Made by a program: the position numbers and the translations under genes. A stretch of DNA of 29,828 nt from a virus. Taxonomy: Duplodnaviria; Heunggongvirae; Uroviricota; Caudoviricetes. The stretch is taken from positions 146,564-176,391 of IMG/VR virus record IMGVR_UViG_3300044712_002337. One strand, given 5' to 3'. Within the stretch, counting starts at the first letter, position 1. Each line of letters starts with the position of its first letter. Of this stretch, positions 1 to 8,360 are shown piece after piece. Under the pieces are notes generated by a model, which saw only the letters and a list, made by a program, of their open reading frames with translations, was not told the origin of the DNA and ran no database searches.

Positions 1-237
1 GCCGCACCGCGTCAGGGTGATGACGGCCTTCCCGCCGACCGAGAGCATCTGGCCGACCCCCTTGAGGAGCGCCGGCGTCGGCGCGAGGAGGGCGTCGACG
101 GCTTCTCTGTGCGAAGCAAACCGTTTGTGCCGCCCCCGCCACGAGTCGCGGGCGTTCATCTCGCTGACGACCAGGACGGGGAGGGTGAATTCGAGGACGG
201 CCGCGGCCGCGTACGGGAGGGTCGGTTTCGCCGTCAC
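1..237 (-). CDS. RusA-like Holliday junction resolvase/endonuclease, N-terminal part (runs off window edge)
   Basis: Not in the ORF track. GTG at 237 overlaps the TGA of the upstream gene and the frame is open to position 1: MTAKPTLPYAAAAVLEFTLPVLVVSEMNARDSWRGRHKRFASHRE...KAVITLTRCG. The 'S.MN....W' start and 'VITLTR' strand resemble phage RusA-like proteins, but the catalytic D.DN motif would lie outside the window. Confidence 0.45.
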   Translation of the reverse strand, partial: MTAKPTLPYAAAAVLEFTLPVLVVSEMNARDSWRGRHKRFASHREAVDALLAPTPALLKGVGQMLSVGGKAVITLTRCG

Positions 238-539
238 GAGTCCACCCTCACCCGCAGCACCGGCTCGGTCAGGCGGCCCTTCAGGTCGGCCCACAGGGCC
301 GACGGGTAGTCGCCCGGGTAGGCCCGGCGGGCGTCCTCGCGGAGGTCGCCCAGGGTGGTCGCGTGCACCAGGTGCGGGCCGCGGTCCTGCACCACCGGGT
401 GGTCGTTGACGAACGTCACCCGGTGGGTGGCCGGCCAGTTCTGCCGGTAGGCCTCCCGGAACACGTCGTTCACCAGGTCGAACACCGACTCCCGGTCGCC
501 CAGGTGGGCGACGTCGTAGTTTCTCAGGTACACGGTCAT
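234..539 (-). CDS. hypothetical phage protein (101 aa)
   Basis: C-terminal part of track ORF 234..1028 from MTVYLRNYDV. ATG at 539 overlaps the upstream stop; normal composition and GC3 bias. Confidence 0.75.
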   Translation of the reverse strand: MTVYLRNYDVAHLGDRESVFDLVNDVFREAYRQNWPATHRVTFVNDHPVVQDRGPHLVHATTLGDLREDARRAYPGDYPSALWADLKGRLTEPVLRVRVDS

Positions 540-1006
540 CGGAAGTCCTCCACGGGGACGCCGTGGTCGGCCAGGAACCGCCGCAGCTCGGCGTCCACGG
601 CCGCGGCCTCGGCGGCCGACTCGTACCGCCCGACCGGGTCGTACGGGTGAGCCCGGGGGAGGAACAGGTGCCTCGCCGGGTACAGCTCGTCCATGCGGGC
701 GGCCGTCTGCACCATCTGGGCGGCGAGCGGGTGGTCGGCCCGGCGGGCGTGGAAGCAGGCCAGCCAGAGCGGGCTGTCGGACACCACGTCCAGGCCCAAC
801 TGGCAGTAGGCCAGCTCCTCCCCCACCTCCTCGCCGAAGAACCGCACCCGGTCGGCGGCGGTCGGCACCCGGCGGAGGTGGGCGAACTCCTTGACGCGTT
901 CCCGCACCAGTTCCACCTGGCCGCCCTCGGCCTTCAGCCGGGCGTACAGGGCGGCGGCGGCGGTCGACTTGCCGGCGCCCGGGCCGCCGTACAGGCAGTG
1001 CCTCAT
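536..1006 (-). CDS. P-loop NTPase/kinase, NadR/Ttd14-like AAA_28 type (156 aa)
   Basis: MRHCLYGGPGAGKST Walker A at the N-terminus, 'VVSDSP' Walker-B-like strand and 'RYESAAEAAAVD' lid. ATGA overlap with the upstream gene. Confidence 0.75.
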   Translation of the reverse strand: MRHCLYGGPGAGKSTAAAALYARLKAEGGQVELVRERVKEFAHLRRVPTAADRVRFFGEEVGEELAYCQLGLDVVSDSPLWLACFHARRADHPLAAQMVQTAARMDELYPARHLFLPRAHPYDPVGRYESAAEAAAVDAELRRFLADHGVPVEDFR

Positions 1007-1164
1007 CTCCCCATCTCCTCCCGGACAATCTGGCGTGTGGCCTCGTCCCGGACCCGCTTCTGCTCGGCCGCGAACCAGCGGAGGAGGTCGACCGTGAACC
1101 ACCCCAGCGTGAAGCAGACCGCCCAGCACGCGGCCAGCGGCCAGTTCTCTCTCAGCCACCGCAT
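1003..1164 (-). CDS. small single-pass membrane protein (53 aa)
   Basis: Not in the track. MRWLRENWPLAACWAVCFTLGWFTVDLLRWFAAEQKRVRDEATRQIVREEMGR; GAGG upstream; TGA at 1003-1005 overlaps the next ATG; one hydrophobic helix followed by a charged tail. Confidence 0.65.
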   Translation of the reverse strand: MRWLRENWPLAACWAVCFTLGWFTVDLLRWFAAEQKRVRDEATRQIVREEMGR

Positions 1165-1186
1165 CCGGAGCCTCTACCGGGGGGCC

Positions 1187-1222
1187 GTGGGGGCAGAGCC
1201 CCCACATGTTAAAAGGGTGAAA
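1187..1222 (+). repeat. hairpin + TTAAAAGG element, copy 1
   Basis: GTGGGGGC-AGA-GCCCCCAC immediately followed by ATGTTAAAAGGGTGAAA; intergenic. Confidence 0.85.
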
Positions 1223-1248
1223 TACCCACGGAACGGGCCGTCAGGCCC

Positions 1249-2385
1249 CTACTTCGCCAGCCCGAACGCCGCCGCCGACAGCGTCCCGAGGAGCGGCTTG
1301 GGGATGCCCTGCTCCATCTCCTCGGGCAGGTCGTTCAGGAAGTGGGCCGCCAGCTTCCGCATGGCCGCCCGCTTGCCCTGGGCCGACCCGTCGCCGTCGA
1401 ACGGCGGCTTGAACGCGGCCAGGCAGGCGGCCACCAGCTTGTCCGCGTCCTCGGCGTCCGGGGCGGACCGGCCCAGGCTGAGGGCCCGGTAGGCGGTCAG
1501 GGTGGCGGCCCCGACGAGCAGGCAGGCGGCGGCCACCGGGCCGTCCGGCGGGGGGCACAGCGGGCCGCCAATCTTGGCGAGCTCCGGACACCTTGCTTTA
1601 ACTGTGGCCGCCGCCCACGTCACGAAGTGGGCCGCCCGCTCGGCCGTCAGGTCCCCGCCCACCCGGTACAGCCCGCACAGGGAGGCGGCGGCGTCCGCCC
1701 CGCCGGCCCCGGCCAGGCTCTTGAACTTCAGGTACGCCTGGGTCCGCGAGTCGAACGCGATGTGCGTGCGGAAGGCGGACCCCGGGTCCTTGTTCAGGTG
1801 GCGGGCCACCTCGCGGGCGAACTCCAGCATCGGCTGCCGGGAGCGGGACAGCTCCCCCCGCACCAGCCGCATGACGCACAGCTGGTTCGAGTCCACCGTC
1901 TTGCCCAGCTGCAGGTTGAGGAAGTCCTCCTGCGGGTCGCCGTCCAGGTACACCGTCAGGGTGACCGGCAGGGCGTCCACCAGGGCGGCGGCGGCGTGCT
2001 CCTCGTCGGCGTGCAGGGCGGCCTTCAGGTCGCCCAGCCCGGCCAGCCGCTGCACCCCGTCCACCAGCTTGAGCGGGTCCCCCTCGGGCACCGCGACGGT
2101 CACCGTCCCGTCCGCGTTCCGGGTGACCGCCTGGGTGGTGACGCTGGCCGCCAGCGGGGCGGGGGTGTACCGGTGCTTGGCCACCGCCCGCATCAGCTTG
2201 CGGGCCTGGGCGTCGTGCCGCACCCGCTGCTCGCCCCGCCCGGTCAGCCCGTTGAACGGGTCCCCGCGGACCGCCCGGCGGGCGTCGGCGAACGGCACGG
2301 TGACGACCAGGAACTCGCGGCCGAGCACCCCCTCCGGGTCGAGCGACCAGCGGTGGGCGGGGGCGGTGAGGGTGTACGTGGACAA
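1249..2385 (-). CDS. DGQHR/DndB-like ParB/Srx-fold protein (378 aa; TTG start uncertain)
   Basis: The motifs 'GEQR', 'LKLVDGVQRLAGL' and 'EDFLNLQLGKTV' match the xQR / DGQHR / F..lN...kpv pattern of DndB/DGQHR/DUF262-type domains. Confidence 0.7.
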   Translation of the reverse strand: MSTYTLTAPAHRWSLDPEGVLGREFLVVTVPFADARRAVRGDPFNGLTGRGEQRVRHDAQARKLMRAVAKHRYTPAPLAASVTTQAVTRNADGTVTVAVPEGDPLKLVDGVQRLAGLGDLKAALHADEEHAAAALVDALPVTLTVYLDGDPQEDFLNLQLGKTVDSNQLCVMRLVRGELSRSRQPMLEFAREVARHLNKDPGSAFRTHIAFDSRTQAYLKFKSLAGAGGADAAASLCGLYRVGGDLTAERAAHFVTWAAATVKARCPELAKIGGPLCPPPDGPVAAACLLVGAATLTAYRALSLGRSAPDAEDADKLVAACLAAFKPPFDGDGSAQGKRAAMRKLAAHFLNDLPEEMEQGIPKPLLGTLSAAAFGLAK

Positions 2386-2418
2386 CGGGGGACCCCGAGG
2401 AGGTGGGACTGTCCCCTA

Positions 2419-2447
2419 ATTATACTGGTAAATATACTATTCGTCAA
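2419..2447 (-). promoter_or_regulatory. sigma70-type promoter for the DGQHR gene
   Basis: Minus strand reads TTGACG-17 nt-TATAAT, ~35 nt upstream of the start at 2385; an AT island in GC-rich DNA. Confidence 0.8.
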
Positions 2448-2646
2448 GGGCGGGCGGGTGGAAGGTGGCGCGGAACGTCACCCGCAGCTCCTCGACCGCG
2501 GCCGCCCGGCCGCGGGCGGCCAGCCGCAGGGCCTTGCGGACGGCCCGGTCGAAGTGCGGCGGGCGGAACTCGGCGACCGGCTCGGGCGGGCCGCCGTCGG
2601 CCGGCTCGGCGAACACCAGGTACACGGTCTCGGCGGCGTCGGGCAT
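2437..2646 (-). CDS. hypothetical protein (69 aa)
   Basis: MPDAAETVYLVFAEP...; GGAGGT RBS upstream of ATG 2646. Confidence 0.6.
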   Translation of the reverse strand: MPDAAETVYLVFAEPADGGPPEPVAEFRPPHFDRAVRKALRLAARGRAAAVEELRVTFRATFHPPALDE

Positions 2647-2845
2647 GGGGGACCTCCCCACCCGTTACCCCGCGCGGGCACCGCGCGACGCGCCCGATTC
2701 GTCCGGTTCGGTTTCCGAGGGCGCCGACCCGGGGGTGAGGGGGAGCGGGGTGCAGTCGGACGTCCTGTCCTCGCGCGGTCACCCGGCAAGCATTCGCTCG
2801 GCCATCCGGGCCTCGCGGCATAGTCTGGACCCCGGGAGGGTGATG

Positions 2846-2878
2846 TTTTCCCCTTTTAACATCCGTGCGCCAGCACGG
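2846..2878 (-). repeat. hairpin + TTAAAAGG element, copy 2
   Basis: Minus strand: CCGTGC-TGGC-GCACGG then ATGTTAAAAGGGGAAAA. Confidence 0.85.
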
Positions 2879-2926
2879 CTAAGCCTGGACCGGGGGAAGG
2901 GGCCACCCCTTTAAGAAAAAAGCGCA

Positions 2927-3380
2927 GGCAGGGGGGCTACGGCTCACCGTGGTGAATTTATCGGTCGTCCGCGCGTAGTGCTCCCTTTCTCCTGTTTCCG
3001 CGGCATTTATAATCCGCCCCGCAGGTTGTTGGAGGGTCACCACTCCATCAACACCGCCCGCTTCCTCAGCGGGGTCCTCGGCGGCTCAATCGGCCTGTTC
3101 CGTCGCCGGACAGATTGTCCGGGTTCCGCTAGCAACGGGGGTTTCCCGCCAAACTGGGTTTGCTGGGGGGTTCGGAGTACCCCCCGGTTGGCCGGCCCTG
3201 TCGGTTCAGGACCTCGCTAGAACGGCTGGGACCACTCGGGCGCTCGTCCCTTTCGAGGCTGGTCCGCTCCCTCCGGCGGGAAGGCTACTCCCGCACACCG
3301 GCGCGAAATCGCAATGTGGCGTCTTCGGGGGTCTCCCCCAGCCTGCTCGCGCGGACAGGCAGAGTCAGTCTACCCCTGCC
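2927..3380 (-). ncRNA. candidate structured non-coding RNA (or origin-like region)
   Basis: No codon-biased ORF. Ends are complementary (GGCAGGGG 2927-2934 / CCCCTGCC 3373-3380), there are at least 6 internal hairpins, and a T-tract follows on the minus strand. Confidence 0.3.
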
Positions 3381-3400
3381 CATAAATTTTGTAAAGTAGG

Positions 3401-3428
3401 TTGATTCAATTTTCCGCCCTGCTATCAT
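3401..3428 (+). promoter_or_regulatory. sigma70-like promoter, probably giving a leaderless mRNA
   Basis: TTGATT-16 nt-TATCAT, with the ATG at 3434 lying 5 nt after the -10 box. Confidence 0.55.
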
Positions 3429-3433
3429 CTGGT

Positions 3434-3712
3434 ATGGTCTACCCGCCTCCGTCCACCACCATCGACATTTGTGGCGTCAGCCACCACACGAACGCCCACT
3501 ACGCGGCCCTGGCCGAGCGGCTGGAAGACCTGGGCACAGCCCCGATTGACCACCTGACCGTCCGGCTCCCGTCCAAAACGTTCTTCCGGCAACTGACCGG
3601 GAAGGCGAAGGTGCCCACCTGTTACCGCGAGGTGTACGAACGGGTGGTGGTCGCCCTGCTCGGGCTGGACGTGGGGCACATCGACTACGAGTTGGCTGCG
3701 CCAACATTGTAG
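3434..3712 (+). CDS. hypothetical protein (92 aa)
   Basis: MVYPPPSTTIDICGVS...; strong GC3 bias; start chosen at the first ATG after the promoter. Confidence 0.65.
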   Translation: MVYPPPSTTIDICGVSHHTNAHYAALAERLEDLGTAPIDHLTVRLPSKTFFRQLTGKAKVPTCYREVYERVVVALLGLDVGHIDYELAAPTL

Positions 3713-3744
3713 CGGGCTCCCGCCCGCATTTTAAAAGGTGAAAA
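3712..3744 (+). repeat. hairpin + TTAAAAGG element, copy 3
   Basis: GCGGGC-TCCC-GCCCGC then ATTTTAAAAGGTGAAAA, starting at the stop codon of 3434..3712. Confidence 0.85.
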
Positions 3745-3774
3745 CCTTACTCTTTCTGCGAAGGAACTGAGCAG

Positions 3775-3969
3775 ATGACCTTCGACGAAGCCCGCAAGAA
3801 GGCCCTGGACCGCCTGGACGCGGCGTACGCCAAGCTGTACGCCCTGGCCAAGGACCCGGCCTGGTGCAACGACCTGTGCCGGGAGTACAAGGAGGTGACG
3901 GCGGAGATGACCGGCGTGCTGGCCGACCTGCGGCGGCTGAACGAGGTGGCCCTGGTCGCCGGCAGGTGA
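3775..3969 (+). CDS. small helical/coiled-coil hypothetical protein (64 aa)
   Basis: MTFDEARKKALDRLDAAYAKL...; AAGGA upstream; codon bias. Confidence 0.75.
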   Translation: MTFDEARKKALDRLDAAYAKLYALAKDPAWCNDLCREYKEVTAEMTGVLADLRRLNEVALVAGR

Positions 3970-3982
3970 CCGCGAAGTAGTC

Positions 3983-4010
3983 TTGACTATTTTATAAAAA
4001 CTTCTATGAT
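3983..4010 (+). promoter_or_regulatory. sigma70-like promoter for ssb and the downstream operon
   Basis: TTGACT-16 nt-TATGAT, 50 nt upstream of the ssb ATG. Confidence 0.65.
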
Positions 4011-4060
4011 ACCCGGGTACGGCCGGACTCCCCGGCCGGCGCCCCGAGAGCGAAGACCTC

Positions 4061-4444
4061 ATGAACGTGTGCACTTTCGTCGGCAACCTGACGGCGGACC
4101 CGGACGCCCCCCGCGCGGTCGGGGAGGGTCAGGTGGTCCGGTTCCGCATCGCGGTTTCGGAGCGGTTCGGCAAGGGGAAGGAGGTCACCACCTTCCTCGA
4201 CGCGGAGGCGTGGGACGGGCTGGCCGGGGTGGTCGGGTCGTACTGCCGGAAGGGGACCAAGGTGGCGGTGAGCGGCAGCCTGCGGATGGACGAGTGGGCG
4301 GACAAGAACAACCCGGACCAGAAGCGGGTGAAGTACTTCGTGCGGGTGCGGGAGTTCTCCCTGCTCACCCCGAAGGGCGAGGGCGAGGCGGCCCCGGCGA
4401 AGGGCAAGGTTCCGGCCGGTGACGACGGCCAAATCCCTTTCTAA
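4061..4444 (+). CDS. ssb: single-stranded DNA-binding protein
   Basis: MNVCTFVGNLTADP...FRIAV...TTFLDAEAW...YCRKGTKVAVSGSLRMDEW, with the acidic C-terminal tail DDGQIPF; classic OB-fold SSB. Confidence 0.95.
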   Translation: MNVCTFVGNLTADPDAPRAVGEGQVVRFRIAVSERFGKGKEVTTFLDAEAWDGLAGVVGSYCRKGTKVAVSGSLRMDEWADKNNPDQKRVKYFVRVREFSLLTPKGEGEAAPAKGKVPAGDDGQIPF

Positions 4445-4455
4445 GGTGAGTTAGA

Positions 4456-4986
4456 ATGTACACCCCCGCCGACCTGAAGCAGCTCGAACTCCACCTCCAG
4501 CGGTTCGCCGTCCGGTTCTTCCTCGACGAGGGGCTGGAGGCGGGCCGCTCGGCCGCTTTGGAACTGGCGGTGGAGCAAGCCCTTCGTCGGGTTGTCGGCT
4601 CTCTCACCGTCGCCGCCCCGGCGACGGAGACGGAGTCGCGGGAGTCCTACTCCCACCCCGACGGGTGGTGGGAGGCCGTCAAGGCCCGGTTCGCCCCCGC
4701 CTGGTGGACGGACCGGTGGCCCGTGAAACTGAAAACCGTCGCCGTCCAGACGACCCGCGTCACGCGGGTCTGCCCCCACCTGCACCAGCCCGACCGCCGC
4801 ACGCACTACGCCTGGCTGGACGGGCAGGACCCGCCGCCGTGCCCGCACTGCGTGGTGCTGGCCAAATACCTGAGCGACGAAAAAGACAGCCTGGGGCTTC
4901 ACGTTGACCCGGACCTCCGCCACGCCGTCTACCACCTCCTGCACCTCGCCCGACAGCTCAAAGACTCGCGTTCTCGCGGTCACTGA
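4456..4986 (+). CDS. hypothetical phage protein (176 aa)
   Basis: ATG with upstream AAGGTGAG; Trp-rich 'PDGWWEAVKARFAPAWWTDRWPV' segment; CPHC. Confidence 0.75.
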   Translation: MYTPADLKQLELHLQRFAVRFFLDEGLEAGRSAALELAVEQALRRVVGSLTVAAPATETESRESYSHPDGWWEAVKARFAPAWWTDRWPVKLKTVAVQTTRVTRVCPHLHQPDRRTHYAWLDGQDPPPCPHCVVLAKYLSDEKDSLGLHVDPDLRHAVYHLLHLARQLKDSRSRGH

Positions 4987-6505
4987 GAGTCCACTTTTAC
5001 CCTCGGGTTTTGGTACATACGCCCGCGAGCTTTTAACACGGCTGGCGCAAGACGAGCGATTCGAGGTGGCCGCCCTGGCCTGCTCGGGGGCGTACGCCGA
5101 CCCCGACCTGCTCGACCTGCCGTACCGCGTGTACCAGGCCGTGCCCGACCCGGCCGACCCGGCGGCGGTGGCCGCCTACCGGGCCGACCCGCTGGCCGAG
5201 TTCGGCCGCGGCCGGTTCGAGGACGTCCTTCTGGACTGGCGGCCGGGTTGCGTTTTCGCCTTCCGGGACCCCTACAACGACGCCTTCCTGGCGGCCTCGC
5301 CGCTCCGCCCCTGCTACGGCTTAGCTCTGATGCCGACGGTGGACGGGGAGCCCCGCCCGCCGGACGAAATCGACCTGTACGACCGGGCCGACGCCCTGGT
5401 GACGTACACCGACTGGGGGTACTCCGTACTCCAAAAACAGGGCGTGAACACCCCCTGGTTCGGGGCCGCCTCGCCGGCGGCCGATTATGCGGTCTTTCGA
5501 CCGCAGAATAAATCCGTCCTGAAAGGACAATACGGATTCGCCGGCAAGCTGGTCGTCGGCATGTGCGCCAGAAATCAGCCGCGGAAGCTGTTCCCCGAAC
5601 TCGTCCTGGCCTTCCGCCAGGCCCTCGACGCCTGGGCCGGGCCGGAGCCGCTCGCCCTCTACCTGCACACCTCGTACCCCGACGAGGGCTTCGACCTGCC
5701 GCACCTGCTGCGGGACGCGGGACTCCTGTCCAAGACCTACTTCACCTACGTGTGCGGGTCGTGCGGCGGGTGGGAGCCGGCGCCCTACCGGGGGGTGTCC
5801 CACCCGTGCCCGGCCTGCGGCGGGCGGGTGGCCATCGCCAACGCCGCCCGCGGGGTCAGCCGGGAGGCCCTGGCGACGATTTACAACCTGGCCGACGTGT
5901 ACGTGCAGCTCGTGGCCAACGGCGGGTTCGAAGTTCCAGCCCTCGAAGCCGCCGCGTGCGGGTGTTACACACTGGTGTCCGAGCACTCTGGCTCGGGCGA
6001 GGTGGTCCGGCGGGTCGGCGGCGTCCCCCTGAAGCCGGACGCGATTAAGGTGGAGGCGGGGTCCGGCCGGCACCTCGGCTGCCACCAGCCCGAGACCGTG
6101 GCGAAGGCCCTGCTGGACGCCCTGTCGCTCCCCGCTCCCGTCCGGGAGTACCGAGGGTTCTTATCCTCACAGAAAGCCCGTCAGAGCTTCGACTACGACC
6201 TGGCCGCCGCCCGCTGGGCCGAGGCCATCCTCTTCGCGGCCGCAAAACCTCGCCGGCCGTGGGACGACCCGACCGACCACACCCCCGCCTTGCCCGCCGA
6301 CTGGCGGCAGGCCGCCCGCGCCCTCCTCCCGCCGGCCGACGCGCTCCGGGCCGAGCGGGCCGTCCGCCTCGGGCACCGCACCCCGGAATCCGTTCTGGAC
6401 GACTGCCGCGGGGTGTGGGCGGGGTACAAGACGTGGGAGCGAGAACGCCTGCAGAGAATAAATGAACGTTCCGCCGAACATCGTGGTTCTCGGCCCCTGG
6501 CATGA
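4904..6505 (+). CDS. GT-B (GT4-like) glycosyltransferase with inserted Zn ribbon; start uncertain
   Basis: N-terminal 'RVLAVTESPLLPSGFGTYAREL', 'VVGMCARNQPRKLFPEL' and 'ADVYVQL..GGFEVPALEAAACG'; CGSCG...CPACG insertion. Confidence 0.85.
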   Translation: MTRTSATPSTTSCTSPDSSKTRVLAVTESPLLPSGFGTYARELLTRLAQDERFEVAALACSGAYADPDLLDLPYRVYQAVPDPADPAAVAAYRADPLAEFGRGRFEDVLLDWRPGCVFAFRDPYNDAFLAASPLRPCYGLALMPTVDGEPRPPDEIDLYDRADALVTYTDWGYSVLQKQGVNTPWFGAASPAADYAVFRPQNKSVLKGQYGFAGKLVVGMCARNQPRKLFPELVLAFRQALDAWAGPEPLALYLHTSYPDEGFDLPHLLRDAGLLSKTYFTYVCGSCGGWEPAPYRGVSHPCPACGGRVAIANAARGVSREALATIYNLADVYVQLVANGGFEVPALEAAACGCYTLVSEHSGSGEVVRRVGGVPLKPDAIKVEAGSGRHLGCHQPETVAKALLDALSLPAPVREYRGFLSSQKARQSFDYDLAAARWAEAILFAAAKPRRPWDDPTDHTPALPADWRQAARALLPPADALRAERAVRLGHRTPESVLDDCRGVWAGYKTWERERLQRINERSAEHRGSRPLA

Positions 6506-7586
6506 GCGGTCCGGAACGGGTCGCGCCTGCGCCGCTTATTTGCAGGCCCTCCTGACGACCGACGCCCGGGTGGCCGCCCGCCCCCTCTTCTTCTCCCCCG
6601 CCGCCGTCGACCAGCCGCCCGACATCGACCGGGCCGAGGCCCGGGTGGTCGAGGACCCGGACGTGGTCCTGCACCTGGGCCCGCCGTACGCCTGGGAGTA
6701 CCTGAGCGGCCCCCGCAAGCGGGCGACGAACGTCGGCCTCTTCTTCACCGAGACGTACCCCCTGCCGCCGGCCTGGACGACCCACTGCAACCTGATGGAC
6801 GCGGTCGTCTGCCCGTCCGCCGCCCAGGCGGACTGGTGCCGGCGGACCCCGCACTTCCGCCCGCCGCTGTCCGTGGTGCCCGTCCCGGTCGACCTGACCC
6901 GGTTCCTGCGGACCCCGCCCCGCCCCGCCTTCCTGCCGCCGTCGGCCGACTTCCGGTTCTACGCCGTCGGCGACTTCGTCCGGCGGAAGAACTGGGACGG
7001 CCTGCTGACCGCGTACTGCCGGGCGTTCCGCCGCCACGACCCGGTCGAACTGGTCGTCAAGACCGGCGGGCAGCCGGGCGAGGCGGACGCGTTCGTGCGG
7101 GCCGCCCTCGGCCGGTGCGGGCCGATGCCTCATCCCAAAGTTCGGGTCGTGAGTCATCGCGTCGGTGATGACGAACTCGACGGGCTGCACGCCCACGCCG
7201 ACTGCTACGTGACGGCGTCCCTCGGGGAGGGGTGGCAGCTGGACGCGCAAGCCGCCGTCGGGTTCGGCAAGACGCCGGTCGTGCCCGCCTGGGGCGGGCT
7301 GCTCGACGCCGTCCCGGCCGAGGCCGGGTGGCACGTGCCCGTCCACGAGACCCCGTGCTACGACGGCGGCGGCGTCCACGCCCCGCTGTTCTCGGCGGAC
7401 AAGACGTGGGCGGCGCCCGACCTCGCCGCCCTGGCGTCCACCATGAGGGCGGCGTTCGAAGACGCCCCCCTCCGAGCGACCAAAGCGGCGGCCGGCCTGT
7501 CCGTGATTGAGTCCTTCTCCCCGGAGGCGGTCGGCCGCCGCCTCCTGGAGGCCCTATGCCCAAGAACAAACGCCCCAAAACCTTGA
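6462..7586 (+). CDS. GT-B (GT4-like) glycosyltransferase
   Basis: 'SGTGRACAAYLQAL', 'FYAVGDFVRRKNWDGLLTAYCRAF...VELVVKT' and 'LHAHADCYVTASLGEGW'. Confidence 0.85.
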   Translation: MNVPPNIVVLGPWHERSGTGRACAAYLQALLTTDARVAARPLFFSPAAVDQPPDIDRAEARVVEDPDVVLHLGPPYAWEYLSGPRKRATNVGLFFTETYPLPPAWTTHCNLMDAVVCPSAAQADWCRRTPHFRPPLSVVPVPVDLTRFLRTPPRPAFLPPSADFRFYAVGDFVRRKNWDGLLTAYCRAFRRHDPVELVVKTGGQPGEADAFVRAALGRCGPMPHPKVRVVSHRVGDDELDGLHAHADCYVTASLGEGWQLDAQAAVGFGKTPVVPAWGGLLDAVPAEAGWHVPVHETPCYDGGGVHAPLFSADKTWAAPDLAALASTMRAAFEDAPLRATKAAAGLSVIESFSPEAVGRRLLEALCPRTNAPKP

Positions 7587-8341
7587 GCGACGACTGGCGG
7601 GTCGCCCGGAACGCGAGCGTCGCCGGGGGGCGGGCGGCCAAGCGGCCTCGCTCCGTCACCCCCAAGACCGCCGGCCAGGCGCGGTACTGGCAGGCCCTGC
7701 TCAACCACCCGGTGGTGTTTTGTGACGGTCCCGGGGGAACGGGGAAGACCCTGCTGGCGTGCGCGGCGGCCGCCGCCCGCGTGCTGGCCGGTCAGGCCGA
7801 CAAGGTGGTGGTGGTGCGGCCGGCGGTGGCCGGCGAGGACCTGGGCTACCTGCCGGGCGGGCTGGACGACAAGGTGGGGCCGTTCCTGCGGCACGTCCAC
7901 GACATCTTCGCCGACCTGCTGCCCGACGACCCCCTGGCCGCCTTCGGGGAGCACGGGCGGTTGGAGTTCGAGCCGCTCGGTTTTATGAGGGGGACGACCC
8001 TCACCCGCACCGCCATCGTCGCCGACGAGTTCCAGAACGCGACCCCGAAGCAGTTCCACCTCCTCCTCACCCGCCTCGGCCAGGGGGCGACCGTGTTCAT
8101 CACCGGCGACTGGTTCCAGGCGGACATCCCGAACTCCGGCCTGGGCGACGCGATGAGCCGGTTCGAGCACCCGGCCGACCCGGACTTCGCCGTCGTCCGG
8201 CTGACGGACGAGGACGTGGTGCGGAGCGAGCTGGTGAAGAAGGTGGAGAAGCGGTACCGCCGGCCCGCCGGCTCCGCCCCGCCGCCCCCGCCCGACGACG
8301 ACCCGCCGTCGTACCACCGGCGCGGGGCCGCCCGCGGGTAG
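7556..8341 (+). CDS. phoH: PhoH-family ATPase
   Basis: GPGGTGKT Walker A, 'LGYLPG', 'FMRGTT', 'IVADEFQN' and 'ITGD..QAD'. Confidence 0.95.
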   Translation: MPKNKRPKTLSDDWRVARNASVAGGRAAKRPRSVTPKTAGQARYWQALLNHPVVFCDGPGGTGKTLLACAAAAARVLAGQADKVVVVRPAVAGEDLGYLPGGLDDKVGPFLRHVHDIFADLLPDDPLAAFGEHGRLEFEPLGFMRGTTLTRTAIVADEFQNATPKQFHLLLTRLGQGATVFITGDWFQADIPNSGLGDAMSRFEHPADPDFAVVRLTDEDVVRSELVKKVEKRYRRPAGSAPPPPPDDDPPSYHRRGAARG

Positions 8342-8360
8342 GTGGGGGTGAGGACACCCC

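Noticed and set aside
1342-2823. Long plus-strand ORFs 563..1492, 1342..2823 and 1502..2419
   Set aside because: Antisense to well-supported minus-strand genes; low-complexity translations.
2661-2845. Possible small gene between 2646 and element copy 2
   Set aside because: No frame combines a start, an RBS and codon bias; track ORFs 2444..2821 and 2478..2789 are low-complexity.
2927-3383. tRNA, tmRNA, RNase P or hammerhead identity for the non-coding region
   Set aside because: No T-psi-C arm before the CCA-like end and no RNase P GAGGAAAGUCC core. CTGAGGA lies in a simple hairpin loop without hammerhead stems.
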